A stretch of DNA of 61,276 nucleotides, the filler included. It is 5 parts of 5 records of this genome, joined end to end, with 100 filler letters (N's around TTAATTAATTAA, not from the genome) between each part and the next. Parts side by side here need not be neighbours in the genome. Positions count along the whole stretch, not along the records: positions 44,353 to 53,596 come from DRR378314_2252; positions 53,697 to 61,276 come from DRR378314_2260; 3 more parts are not named here. One strand, 5' to 3'. The position numbers and the translations under genes are program-made. This document shows, in pieces, positions 49,610-59,051 of the stretch; the first letter of the stretch is position 1; each line of letters starts with the position of its first letter. Below the pieces are notes generated by a model. That model made no database searches. It saw only the letters and a program-made list of their open reading frames with translations, and was not told where the DNA came from.

Positions 49610-50860
49610 TTACCCCATTTGGATGCGTTTATCCGCCGATACCAATGCGTTGATCTGTGCGATATGTTCAGGCAGGCATTTCGTCAGGAAATCATATTCC
49701 CGAACCACATGCGCCCGCGCCGCCACCCCCAGATGTGTATATTTCTCGGGCTGGCCCAGCACATCCACCACCTGCGCGGCAAGCGCCTGTGGATCGTGGA
49801 AATCAACCAACATACCGGTTTCACCATGGGTAATCGCCTCCCGCACCGGGGCCACATCGGCAGCCACAACCGTGGCACCCATCGACATTGATTCCAGCAA
49901 GGACCAAGACAGGACAAAAGGCATCGTCAAATAGACATGACAGCGGCTGATCTGCACCAGCTTTTGATAGTCGGGATAGGGAATGCGCCCCAGAAAATGC
50001 AGGCGGTCCCAATCCAGATCATCCCCGACCTCGCGCTCCATCTCACCGCGCAGCCCTTTTGGATCATGGCTTTTGCCACCATAGGACACCTCGTTCCCGC
50101 CCACGATCAGCACCCGCGCATTGGGCCGTTCCCGCATGATCCGTGGCAAGGCGCGCATGAACACGTGAAACCCGCGTGCCCGCTCCAGATTGCGCGCAAC
50201 ATAGGTCAGCACCTCGTCGCCTTTCCTGATCGGATGCTGCAACCGTCCCAGATGCAATTCAACATTGGGGTCCGGCAGCAACCGATCCGTTCTGATGCCA
50301 TCGTGACAGACATACATCCGGTTATGAAAACTTTCGGGGAAACGATCCCGTTGCCAAAGCGTGGGCACATGGCCCTGATCCACCACTTCGATATTCGCCA
50401 ATGGCACGGAATTGCGCGCGGCCATCAGAAATGGCGCATGCTCCGATACACGCTCTTCCGGGTCAAAGCCGACCAAACCGCCGGTCATGTTGTAGTAATA
50501 TTCAAAGAACCCGATGATCGGCACATCCGGCCAGACCTGTTTGAAGAACGTCAGCTCTCCCCAACCGACATGGCCGATGACAATATCGGGGATAAACCCA
50601 TCCTCGGTCTCAATCTGACGGGCGGCCATCGCCGCGCCAAACCCTGCGCCCGCCGCCTCCTCCCAAACCTTGGACAGCCCATAGGCATCTTTCAGCGGCT
50701 TGCGATGCGCCTTGTAAATTCGGGTCTCGACCCCCGGCAGATTTGGCGCATCCTTCTTTTGTGTCAAAAAGAAAATCCGGTGACCGCCCTGCGCCGCAAG
50801 CCATTGCACCAGCTCGCGATATTGCCCCGGCATGTTCTGATGCACAAAAAGTATGTTCAT
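49610..50860 (-). CDS. GT4 family glycosyltransferase
   Basis: LFVHQNMPGQY, GHVGWGE, RNLE..RGFH, PFVLSWSLLE, PVREAI. Confidence 0.9.
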   Translation of the reverse strand: MNILFVHQNMPGQYRELVQWLAAQGGHRIFFLTQKKDAPNLPGVETRIYKAHRKPLKDAYGLSKVWEEAAGAGFGAAMAARQIETEDGFIPDIVIGHVGWGELTFFKQVWPDVPIIGFFEYYYNMTGGLVGFDPEERVSEHAPFLMAARNSVPLANIEVVDQGHVPTLWQRDRFPESFHNRMYVCHDGIRTDRLLPDPNVELHLGRLQHPIRKGDEVLTYVARNLERARGFHVFMRALPRIMRERPNARVLIVGGNEVSYGGKSHDPKGLRGEMEREVGDDLDWDRLHFLGRIPYPDYQKLVQISRCHVYLTMPFVLSWSLLESMSMGATVVAADVAPVREAITHGETGMLVDFHDPQALAAQVVDVLGQPEKYTHLGVAARAHVVREYDFLTKCLPEHIAQINALVSADKRIQMG

Positions 50861-50926
50861 ATCGGCGGACCTAACGCATTTCCCTTACTGCGCAGTAAAT
50901 CGAAACCGCACAGCAGGCGCAACGCG

Positions 50927-51889
50927 TCACCGCCTGTTGCGTGCGGCCAGCCGCGCTTTCATCCGCGCCTTTCCCTCGTCAGTGCCATCATGAAAAGATC
51001 CGAACAACTTGTCCCAAGGCACATCCAGATTGCCATAGTTCACTTCGAAGTACCGATGGTGGATCTGGTGATGGAACATCCCCAAATTCACACGCTTGGC
51101 ATTGCGAAACCACAACCCCTCAAAACCGGTATGGGTGGTGACGGCGAGGATTGCATAAAACATCAAATGAAAGATCAGATGCACAGGGTGTGTCGGCAGG
51201 ATCAGGTGAATGATCACCGTGCCAAAGTAAAACCCATGTTCCACCGGATGCATCGATAATCCCGACCATGGCCCGATGTCCGTATTGCGATGATGCAAGG
51301 CGTGAAACCGATAGAACAGATTGGTGTGCAACAGCCGGTGTATCCAGTAGAAATAGAAACTCTCCCAGATCGGGATCACGAAAAAGAAGGCGACAAACCA
51401 GATCGGCGTCTGCGCAAAACTGGTTGTGGGCGCATAGCCATTGGCCAGCAACCACCAGAACACAACTTCAAATGCTGACCAGATGGTGACACCACTGGCC
51501 AGCGTCCAGAACATGTTGTCCAACACCTGTGCATTGAAACTGAACATCCGCCCTTTACGCGGAAACGGGCGGGGATCGTATTTCATCCTGTTGTCTTGCA
51601 AACGATAGGTATGAAACCACAGGTGCAGAGCCCCCGCGATCAGCGAGATCAGAACAAAGTTGCGCAGGAACACCTGCACGGCCCAGCCAACTCCCCATGT
51701 TAGTGCCTGTTCCGGTGTCGGACTGAACCAAAGGTAACTCACCCACGCCAGCGCCAGAATTCCCATGTTGATGGTCAGAAAGAACCAGCCATCCACATAC
51801 CATTTCAACACCTGAAACGGTTTGGGCGGCCATTGCCAAAGGGGTGACACCGCAATCGGCAATTCGGGTGTGTGGTTCCATTCCGCCAT
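50927..51889 (-). CDS. Sterol desaturase / fatty acid hydroxylase family membrane protein
   Basis: His boxes HRLLH, HALHH and HHQIHH; WDKLFGS. Confidence 0.9.
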   Translation of the reverse strand: MAEWNHTPELPIAVSPLWQWPPKPFQVLKWYVDGWFFLTINMGILALAWVSYLWFSPTPEQALTWGVGWAVQVFLRNFVLISLIAGALHLWFHTYRLQDNRMKYDPRPFPRKGRMFSFNAQVLDNMFWTLASGVTIWSAFEVVFWWLLANGYAPTTSFAQTPIWFVAFFFVIPIWESFYFYWIHRLLHTNLFYRFHALHHRNTDIGPWSGLSMHPVEHGFYFGTVIIHLILPTHPVHLIFHLMFYAILAVTTHTGFEGLWFRNAKRVNLGMFHHQIHHRYFEVNYGNLDVPWDKLFGSFHDGTDEGKARMKARLAARNRR

Positions 51890-51913
51890 AAGGAATTTCC
51901 CTACGAACAGTCT

Positions 51914-52669
51914 CTAATAAGCATAATCCGACCCTTCACTGTCCAATATCGCTTTCAACTCTGCCAGATGCCGCGCATCCTGCTCCGGATATTCCTCCAG
52001 CTCACGTGCAGTCTTTTCCGCCACCTCGTCCGAGATACGGCGCAACGGCAATCCGGTTTGCAACGCCTTGATATAAGTCTCGGCGGCGCGTTCGAAATAA
52101 TAGAGCCGGTTAAAGGTATCTGCGACCGTGTCGCCTATCACCATCACCCCATGTGATCCCATCACCATGACCTTTTGCTTCGGATCGGTCAGCAGCTTGG
52201 CACAGCGTTCTCCCTCATCCTCAAACGCCAACCCGCCATAATCCTCATCGATCACCATCCTGTTGAAAAACGTACAGGCGTTTTGATCAATCGGGGGCAG
52301 ACGGCTGTCTTGCAAACAGGCCAGCACAGTGGCGTAGATCGAATGCACATGCATCACGCAACGCGCATGCGGACAGGCCCTGTGCACCCCACCGTGCAAC
52401 CCCCAGGCGGTCGGGTCAGGCGCATTTGGCCCTTCGTAGGTCTCTGGATCATCCGCATCAATCAACAACATGTCGCTGGCTTTGATACGCGAAAAATGCA
52501 TCTGGTTCGGGTTCATCAGAAACTGTGATCCGCTGTCATTCACCGCCAGTGAAAAATGGTTCGCCACGCTTTCATGCATGTCCAGCCGTGCGGTCCACCG
52601 AAAAGCCGCCGCCAGATCCACCCGTTCCTGCCAGTGGTCCATATTCGGTTTCATCTGTGTCACGCTCAT
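51914..52669 (-). CDS. Class II aldolase/adducin family protein
   Basis: RVDLAAAFR, NHFS, MHVHS, SHG, YFERA. Confidence 0.88.
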   Translation of the reverse strand: MSVTQMKPNMDHWQERVDLAAAFRWTARLDMHESVANHFSLAVNDSGSQFLMNPNQMHFSRIKASDMLLIDADDPETYEGPNAPDPTAWGLHGGVHRACPHARCVMHVHSIYATVLACLQDSRLPPIDQNACTFFNRMVIDEDYGGLAFEDEGERCAKLLTDPKQKVMVMGSHGVMVIGDTVADTFNRLYYFERAAETYIKALQTGLPLRRISDEVAEKTARELEEYPEQDARHLAELKAILDSEGSDYAY

Positions 52670-52671
52670 TA

Positions 52672-53109
52672 TTACTCTCCCTTTGATTTCTCTTTGATCC
52701 TGCTTGGCACCCAGGCATAGCCGTTTTCACATAGAATATAGGCCTCGCGCAGCCCGTGCGGCTTGTCCGTCGGGGCCTGTAGTATTGTCCCGCCTGCCAC
52801 CTCTGCCCTGGCACAGGCAGTTTCCGGGTCGGTATCATAAAGCCTGATCTCAATCCCCGCTCCGCGTGGGGGATTCTCTGGCAACAACCCCAGTAGCGGA
52901 TTGGCATGATAGGTGCCGTCCGCATGGATCTGAAACACCTGTTCCCCATAGGTCATGATCGCAAAATCCGCCGTAGGCTGGAACGAATTCATCCCGAAAA
53001 CAGTCTCTAAAAAGGCAATTTCTGCCGCCACATCCCGCACCAACAGGTTTAGCCCGATGCCCCGCAAGGACGCGCCGAAATCCTCTGCCCCAATGGTTTT
53101 ATAGTCCAT
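52672..53109 (-). CDS. VOC/glyoxalase family protein
   Basis: NLLVRDV, RGAGIEIRL, PTDKPHGLRE; GGAG RBS. Confidence 0.82.
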   Translation of the reverse strand: MDYKTIGAEDFGASLRGIGLNLLVRDVAAEIAFLETVFGMNSFQPTADFAIMTYGEQVFQIHADGTYHANPLLGLLPENPPRGAGIEIRLYDTDPETACARAEVAGGTILQAPTDKPHGLREAYILCENGYAWVPSRIKEKSKGE

Positions 53110-53158
53110 CCCGCCCACTCCTGCTTGAACCTGCCAAAACACTGTGCCACCTTGGGAC

Positions 53159-53596
53159 ATGACGCAAGAACCTTTCCCTTCATGGCCCGATGTCGCCCCG
53201 CAACTTGTCAACACAGCGGCGGGCCGTAGCCCTGCCGATATGATCATCACTGGTGGTATCTGGGTGAACGTCCATACACGTGAAGCCTTGCCCGATCATG
53301 ACATTGCCATCACCGCCGGCCGCATCGCCTTTGTCGGACCTGATGCCAGCCATTGTCGCGGCCCTGAGACACAGATCATCAAGGCCAATGGCCGCTATAT
53401 GATCCCCGGTCTCTGCGACGGGCATATGCATATCGAAAGCGGTCTGTTGACCCCTGCCGAATTCGCCCGCGCGGTCATTCCCCATGGCACCACCTCCATG
53501 TTCACCGATCCGCATGAGATCGCCAATGTGCTGGGCCTGAAGGGCGTGCGCATGATGCATGACGAGGCGCTGATGCAGCCGGTGAATATCTTCACC
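53159..53596 (+). CDS. ade: Adenine deaminase (3' end cut by contig end)
   Basis: PGLCDGHMHIES, GTT, DPHEIANVLG. Confidence 0.92.
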
Positions 53597-53696
53597 NNNN
53601 NNNNNNNNNNNNNNNNNNNNNNNNNNNNNNNNNNNNNNNNTTAATTAATTAANNNNNNNNNNNNNNNNNNNNNNNNNNNNNNNNNNNNNNNNNNNN
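53597..53696. other. Artificial contig linker
   Basis: N44-TTAATTAATTAA-N44. Confidence 0.98.
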
Positions 53697-54239
<543 letters not shown>

Positions 54240-54395
54240 TTATTCGAGAGGTTTAACCCTAACATCAGGAAATTTTTGCCACTTCGCCAACCGACTGCCG
54301 TAGGGCGCGGCAAAAATGACGCGAGAGAACCGGCAAGCCCTGCGATGATAGCGCTCACCCTTGCGTCACATCCTTAACAGGCAAAGCTTACGCGC

Positions 54396-55634
54396 ATGTC
54401 TCAGCCCATCCGATTCCACGAATTCCTGCTCAGCAATGCTCCCTATCTCTCAGCGGGCGTGCTGCTGACGTTTCTGTCAAGCTTTGGCCAGACCTTCTTC
54501 ATCTCGGTCTTTGCCGGGCAGATCCAGACCGAGTTCGACCTCAGCCATGCCGGCTGGGGCGGTCTCTATATGGTGGGGACCACCGCCTCGGCCTTGCTGA
54601 TGGTGGCAGCCGGAGGGCTGTCGGATATCATGCGGGTGCGCCACCTCGGGGCCTTTGTGCTGTGTGGGCTTTCGGCGGCCTGTTTCCTGATGGCGCTGAA
54701 CCACAGCTACTGGGTCTTGCCGCTGTCGATTTTCGCGCTGCGGTTCTTCGGCCAGGGTATGAGCACCCATCTCGCAGTGGTGGCCATGGCACGCTGGTTC
54801 GTGGCCGCACGCGGACGCGCACTGTCGATTGCAGCGCTCGGGGTTGCACTGGGACAGGCCATCCTACCGCTGATCTTTGTGGCGCTGATGACGGCGCTCG
54901 ACTGGCGCACGCTCTGGCTTATCAGCGCTGCGATCTGTCTCTGCGGGGCACCGGTGCTGGTGCGGCTGCTGTCGAAGGAACGCACGCCACAATCCACCTC
55001 TGATGATGTCAGCAGCACCGGTATGGACCTTCGGCACTGGACCCGCTGGGACGCGCTGCGCTCGCCCCTGTTCTGGCTGATGGCCCCGTCAATCCTCGGC
55101 CCGGCGGCTTTCACCACTGCATTTTTCTTTCACCAACTGCATTTCGCCACCACCAAAGGCTGGACCCTTTTGGAACTGGTGGCCTATTTCCCGTTCTTCA
55201 CGGTGATGTCGGTTGTGTCCATGATGGTGGCGGGCTGGGCACTGGATCGCTGGGGGGCCACGCGGCTGATGCCGCTTTATCAGCTGCCACTGGTTGCGGC
55301 CTTTGTGATCTTTGCCACCGTCTCCAGCGGCGTGGGCATGGCTGCGGGTTTCCTCTGCATGGCGGCCTCGGTCGGGGCGCATTCGGTGCTGCCCAGCTCT
55401 TTCTGGGCCGAAGTCTACGGCACCCGCAACATTGGCGCGATCAAGGCCTTGGTGATGGCGGTCATGGTCTTTGGCACAGCTGTCGGACCGGGGTTGACCG
55501 GGCTTCTGATTGATCTTGGCATCGACTTCGGCGACCAAGGGTATGGTATTGCAGTATATTTCCTACTCACCACCCTCTGCATGGTGATCGGCGTCACCGG
55601 CGCACGAAAACGGCTGACACCGGTCGCAGCCTGA
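54396..55634 (+). CDS. MFS transporter
   Basis: ~12 TM helices, SSFGQTFFIS, ARWF..RGRALS, WAEVYGT. Confidence 0.9.
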   Translation: MSQPIRFHEFLLSNAPYLSAGVLLTFLSSFGQTFFISVFAGQIQTEFDLSHAGWGGLYMVGTTASALLMVAAGGLSDIMRVRHLGAFVLCGLSAACFLMALNHSYWVLPLSIFALRFFGQGMSTHLAVVAMARWFVAARGRALSIAALGVALGQAILPLIFVALMTALDWRTLWLISAAICLCGAPVLVRLLSKERTPQSTSDDVSSTGMDLRHWTRWDALRSPLFWLMAPSILGPAAFTTAFFFHQLHFATTKGWTLLELVAYFPFFTVMSVVSMMVAGWALDRWGATRLMPLYQLPLVAAFVIFATVSSGVGMAAGFLCMAASVGAHSVLPSSFWAEVYGTRNIGAIKALVMAVMVFGTAVGPGLTGLLIDLGIDFGDQGYGIAVYFLLTTLCMVIGVTGARKRLTPVAA

Positions 55635-55636
55635 GG

Positions 55637-56530
55637 TCAGGCCGGTTGCGCCGCCATACGGGCAGAGCGACGCGCCAAACGCCGCTCGCGCACGAAGGTA
55701 TAAAGCCCCGTTGCGATAATCAGAGCGGATCCCAGCAGCGTCATCGCATCGGGTCGTTCGGAAAACACGATCGCGCCGCCGATCATGGAAAAGACCAGAC
55801 GCGAGTAACGAAACGGCGTGATCACTGCAGCATCGGCGATCCGTGTCGCGGTCACGATGCCATAGTACCCGATGACACCAAAAATGGTTCCGCACAGCAG
55901 CATGCCCCATTCAAACGATGTCGGCGATACCACGGGCTGTGACGTGGCCAGCAGCAGAATGCCCCCCGCCACAACCACGGTGCCATAGGCCTGAACACTG
56001 ACGACCGACGAGGGAATGCTCACGTCCATCCGTCGTGTCATCAGATCTCGTGCCGCCACACAGAGAACAGAAATCAGCACCAGCAGCGCGTTGGGTTCAA
56101 ACCCCTCAAGGCCGGGCCGAATGATAATCAGCACACCGATGAAACCCACGGCGATCGCGCTCCACCGGCGCCAGCCCACCTGCTCGCCCAGAAACAGGGC
56201 GGCCCCCATTGTGATCGCCAGCGGCGTCGCCTGAAACACGGCGGCCACCACCGAGATATCGACCAGCGCAAGCGCCGTTGCAAAGCTGACCGCCGCGCCG
56301 CCTTCGGCCAGGGCGCGCAAGACAGGTATCAACCGCCAGGCCGTGCGGTTCCACGGGCTCTGCCCCTGCACCGCCATTGCGACCAAGAACACGACGCTGG
56401 CCCCCAATCCGATCAAGATCAGGATCTGCCCGACAGGCAAGTTACCGGAGAGTTGTTTGATGAACAGATCCTCGATGGTGAACCCCACCATGGCCACGAG
56501 CAGCAGCACAATACCTTTGACGTTGTCCAT
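55637..56530 (-). CDS. DMT/EamA family transporter
   Basis: FLGEQVGWRRW..VLIIIRPG, PFRYSRL, FSERPD. Confidence 0.9.
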   Translation of the reverse strand: MDNVKGIVLLLVAMVGFTIEDLFIKQLSGNLPVGQILILIGLGASVVFLVAMAVQGQSPWNRTAWRLIPVLRALAEGGAAVSFATALALVDISVVAAVFQATPLAITMGAALFLGEQVGWRRWSAIAVGFIGVLIIIRPGLEGFEPNALLVLISVLCVAARDLMTRRMDVSIPSSVVSVQAYGTVVVAGGILLLATSQPVVSPTSFEWGMLLCGTIFGVIGYYGIVTATRIADAAVITPFRYSRLVFSMIGGAIVFSERPDAMTLLGSALIIATGLYTFVRERRLARRSARMAAQPA

Positions 56531-56673
56531 GGGGCGTATCCTTTGTGCCAGCGAAGAAGATCGGTTGGTTCCGGCATCGCGCGATGCAATCACTCGGCGC
56601 AAGCCAGAAAGCGACGACAACACCGCATAACTTGTGACACACTCCATCACGGGTTGTGATGAGACAGTCCCGT

Positions 56674-57090
56674 TCAGTCGGTTTTCTTGATTGGAACGCC
56701 GTAAAGCTCCAGCTTGTGGCCCTTGAGACGGTAACCGAGCTTCTGTGCGATCTTTTCCTGCAAGGCCTCGATCTCAGGGTCGCAGAACTCGATCACTTGG
56801 CCGGTGTTGAGGTCGATCAGATGGTCGTGGTGCTCCCGGTCCGCGTCCTCGTATCGGGCACGGCCATCACCAAATTCCAGCCGGTCCAGAATCCCCGATT
56901 CCTCAAACAGCTTCACCGTGCGGTAGACCGTCGCCAGCGAAATACCGTTATCGACGGCATTGGCGCGGGCGTGCAGCTCCTCCACATCCGGGTGATCAAG
57001 GCTCTCCTGCAGCACCTTGGCGATGGTCCGGCGCGGGCCGGTCATGCGCAGACCATGGGCCTCGCAGCGGGAAATGATCGTATCGGTCAT
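56674..57090 (-). CDS. fur: Fur family metalloregulator (Fur/Mur)
   Basis: GLRMT, DHPDVEEL, SLATVYRT, HHDHLID. Confidence 0.9.
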   Translation of the reverse strand: MTDTIISRCEAHGLRMTGPRRTIAKVLQESLDHPDVEELHARANAVDNGISLATVYRTVKLFEESGILDRLEFGDGRARYEDADREHHDHLIDLNTGQVIEFCDPEIEALQEKIAQKLGYRLKGHKLELYGVPIKKTD

Positions 57091-57242
57091 GCCTGTCTCG
57101 TCCCTGTCGGTCACAGCGGGGTCCCTTGCTTGGCGCTTCTTTTTAGCGAATGCAACCCCCGACGAAAACAGGCAAGTTCCGCGCATGCATCATTGACATT
57201 TGCGCCCATCACCGCCATTTGCCCTTCAGGCATACCCTCTGC

Positions 57243-57512
57243 CGCGTGAGCAGAGACCCGCAGCGCTGTCGGAATTTGATCGTTCCGACCTTTCGAATGT
57301 CTTCTGGGTTCAGAAGAGATACGGCGCTTCGCAGCGGATCTTCTCGGGGATGCCATGGTTCCAAGATCACGCGTGGGGCTAGTTGCGAGAGATCGGCACA
57401 GTGACATGAGGTTGTCTGGGTCTGAGGTCTCCGCCCCACTGATGAACGGGTGCGCAGGTCGAGTGACCGTGCCCCGTGTGGTCCTGTGCGTTTGCACGGG
57501 CCACCGAAAGGA
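57243..57512 (+). ncRNA. Candidate structured 5' leader of the DEAD-box helicase mRNA
   Basis: About seven helices found by hand; TTGACA at 57193-57198 upstream; SD-like GAAAGGA at 57506-57512. Confidence 0.5.
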
Positions 57513-57518
57513 CTTTGA

Positions 57519-58853
57519 ATGACTGAATTTTCCACCATGGACCTGCCCAAGCACCTGCACACCCGGATCGAAGCCATGGGCTTTCACACTCCGACGCCGA
57601 TCCAGGCGCGGGCGATCCCGCATGCGCTGAACGGACAGGACGTGCTGGGTCTGGCGCAGACCGGTACCGGCAAGACCGCCGCCTTTGGCGTACCGCTGAT
57701 CGCCCAGATGTTGGAATATGGCCGCAAGCCTGCCGCCGGCACCGTGCGCGGGCTGATCCTGGCCCCGACCCGCGAGCTGGCCAACCAGATTGCCGAGACC
57801 CTGAAGGGCCTGACCGAAGGCAGCCCGCTGAAAACCGGCCTGGTGGTCGGTGGTGTTTCCATCAACCCGCAGATCACCCGCCTGTCGCGCGGCACCGATA
57901 TCCTCGTCGCCACGCCGGGCCGCCTGCTTGACATCCTCGACCGCAAGGCGCTGGATCTCGGCTCTTGCGACTTCCTGGTGCTGGACGAGGCCGACCAGAT
58001 GCTGGACCTCGGCTTCATCCACGCCCTGCGCAAGATCGCCTCCCTGCTGCCCGAAAAGCGCCAGACCATGCTGTTCTCGGCCACCATGCCCAAGCAGATG
58101 AACGAGATCGCCAACGCCTATCTCAAGAGCCCGGTGCGCATCGAGGTGAACCCTCCCGGAAAACCCGCCGCCAAGGTCACCCAATCGGTGCATTTCATCG
58201 CCAAAGCGGAGAAGCTGGGCCTACTGAAAGAGCTGCTGACCGCCCATGACGGCGAACGCACGCTGGTCTTTGGCCGCACCAAACACGGCATGGAAAAGCT
58301 GATGAAGGTGCTGGACAAGGCCGGCTTCAAGGCCGCGGCGATCCACGGCAACAAGAGCCAGGGCCAGCGCGAACGGGCGTTGAAGGCCTTCAAATCCGGC
58401 GAGATCACCGTGCTGGTGGCCACCGATGTGGCGGCGCGCGGGCTGGATATTCCGGATGTGAAATACGTCTACAACTACGAGCTGCCGAATGTGCCAGATG
58501 CCTATGTGCACCGCATTGGCCGCACCGCGCGTGCGGGCAAGGAAGGTCAGGCCGTGGCCTTCTGCGCCCCGGATGAGATCGGCGATCTGAAGGCGATCCA
58601 GAAAACCATGAGCATCACCATCCCCGTGGCCTCTGGCCGCGCCTGGGAAGAGATGCCCGATCCCGCCGCCAAATCCTCGCGCGGCGGCGGTCGTGGTCGC
58701 CCCGGTGGCGGTGGCGGTCGCGGCAAACCCGGTGGCAAGCCGGGCGCCGGGCGTCGTCGCTTTGGCGGTGGTGGTAAATCCGAAGGTCAGGGTGGCGGCG
58801 GCGAAGCCCGCGCAGCCGGCGGCGGCGCAGGCCGTCAGCGACGGAAGTCCTGA
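57519..58853 (+). CDS. DEAD-box RNA helicase (RhlE-like) with Gly/Arg-rich tail
   Basis: PTPIQ, AQTGTGKT, PTRELA, TPGRL, DEAD, SAT, ARGLD, HRIGRTAR. Confidence 0.96.
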   Translation: MTEFSTMDLPKHLHTRIEAMGFHTPTPIQARAIPHALNGQDVLGLAQTGTGKTAAFGVPLIAQMLEYGRKPAAGTVRGLILAPTRELANQIAETLKGLTEGSPLKTGLVVGGVSINPQITRLSRGTDILVATPGRLLDILDRKALDLGSCDFLVLDEADQMLDLGFIHALRKIASLLPEKRQTMLFSATMPKQMNEIANAYLKSPVRIEVNPPGKPAAKVTQSVHFIAKAEKLGLLKELLTAHDGERTLVFGRTKHGMEKLMKVLDKAGFKAAAIHGNKSQGQRERALKAFKSGEITVLVATDVAARGLDIPDVKYVYNYELPNVPDAYVHRIGRTARAGKEGQAVAFCAPDEIGDLKAIQKTMSITIPVASGRAWEEMPDPAAKSSRGGGRGRPGGGGGRGKPGGKPGAGRRRFGGGGKSEGQGGGGEARAAGGGAGRQRRKS

Positions 58854-58891
58854 TCCCTCTCCGATCTGACTACAACTGAACGATAGACCAA

Positions 58892-59016
58892 GGGGCGGGG
58901 GGACACTCCCGCCCCTTTCCTCTGAGCCAAAGGCTCCGACAAAAGCGTTGGGCCGCGCAGGCCGCGCCGAAGGCGCGGCCTGCGCCCCCGGGCGCCGCGG
59001 ACCGCGGCGCAAATCC
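58892..59016 (+). repeat. Structured intergenic repeat element, copy 1 (first hairpin may also serve as terminator)
   Basis: CTCCCGCCC-N31-CGTTGGGCC, 14-bp stem with GAA loop, second GC-rich stem, AAATCC. Confidence 0.65.
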
Positions 59017-59051
59017 TCAAGAGACGGAGCAAGGCCAAATGGCCGGTCGCG

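Noticed and set aside
49937-51259. 440-aa plus-strand ORF over the glycosyltransferase and desaturase
   Set aside because: Antisense shadow with atypical His/Arg/Gln-rich composition
57111-58193. 360-aa ORF antisense to the DEAD-box helicase (similarly 36550-37536 and 4889-5914)
   Set aside because: Antisense shadows of well-supported genes
58680-58850. GGC/GGT-rich low-complexity tract
   Set aside because: Encodes the ordinary Gly/Arg-rich tail of the helicase
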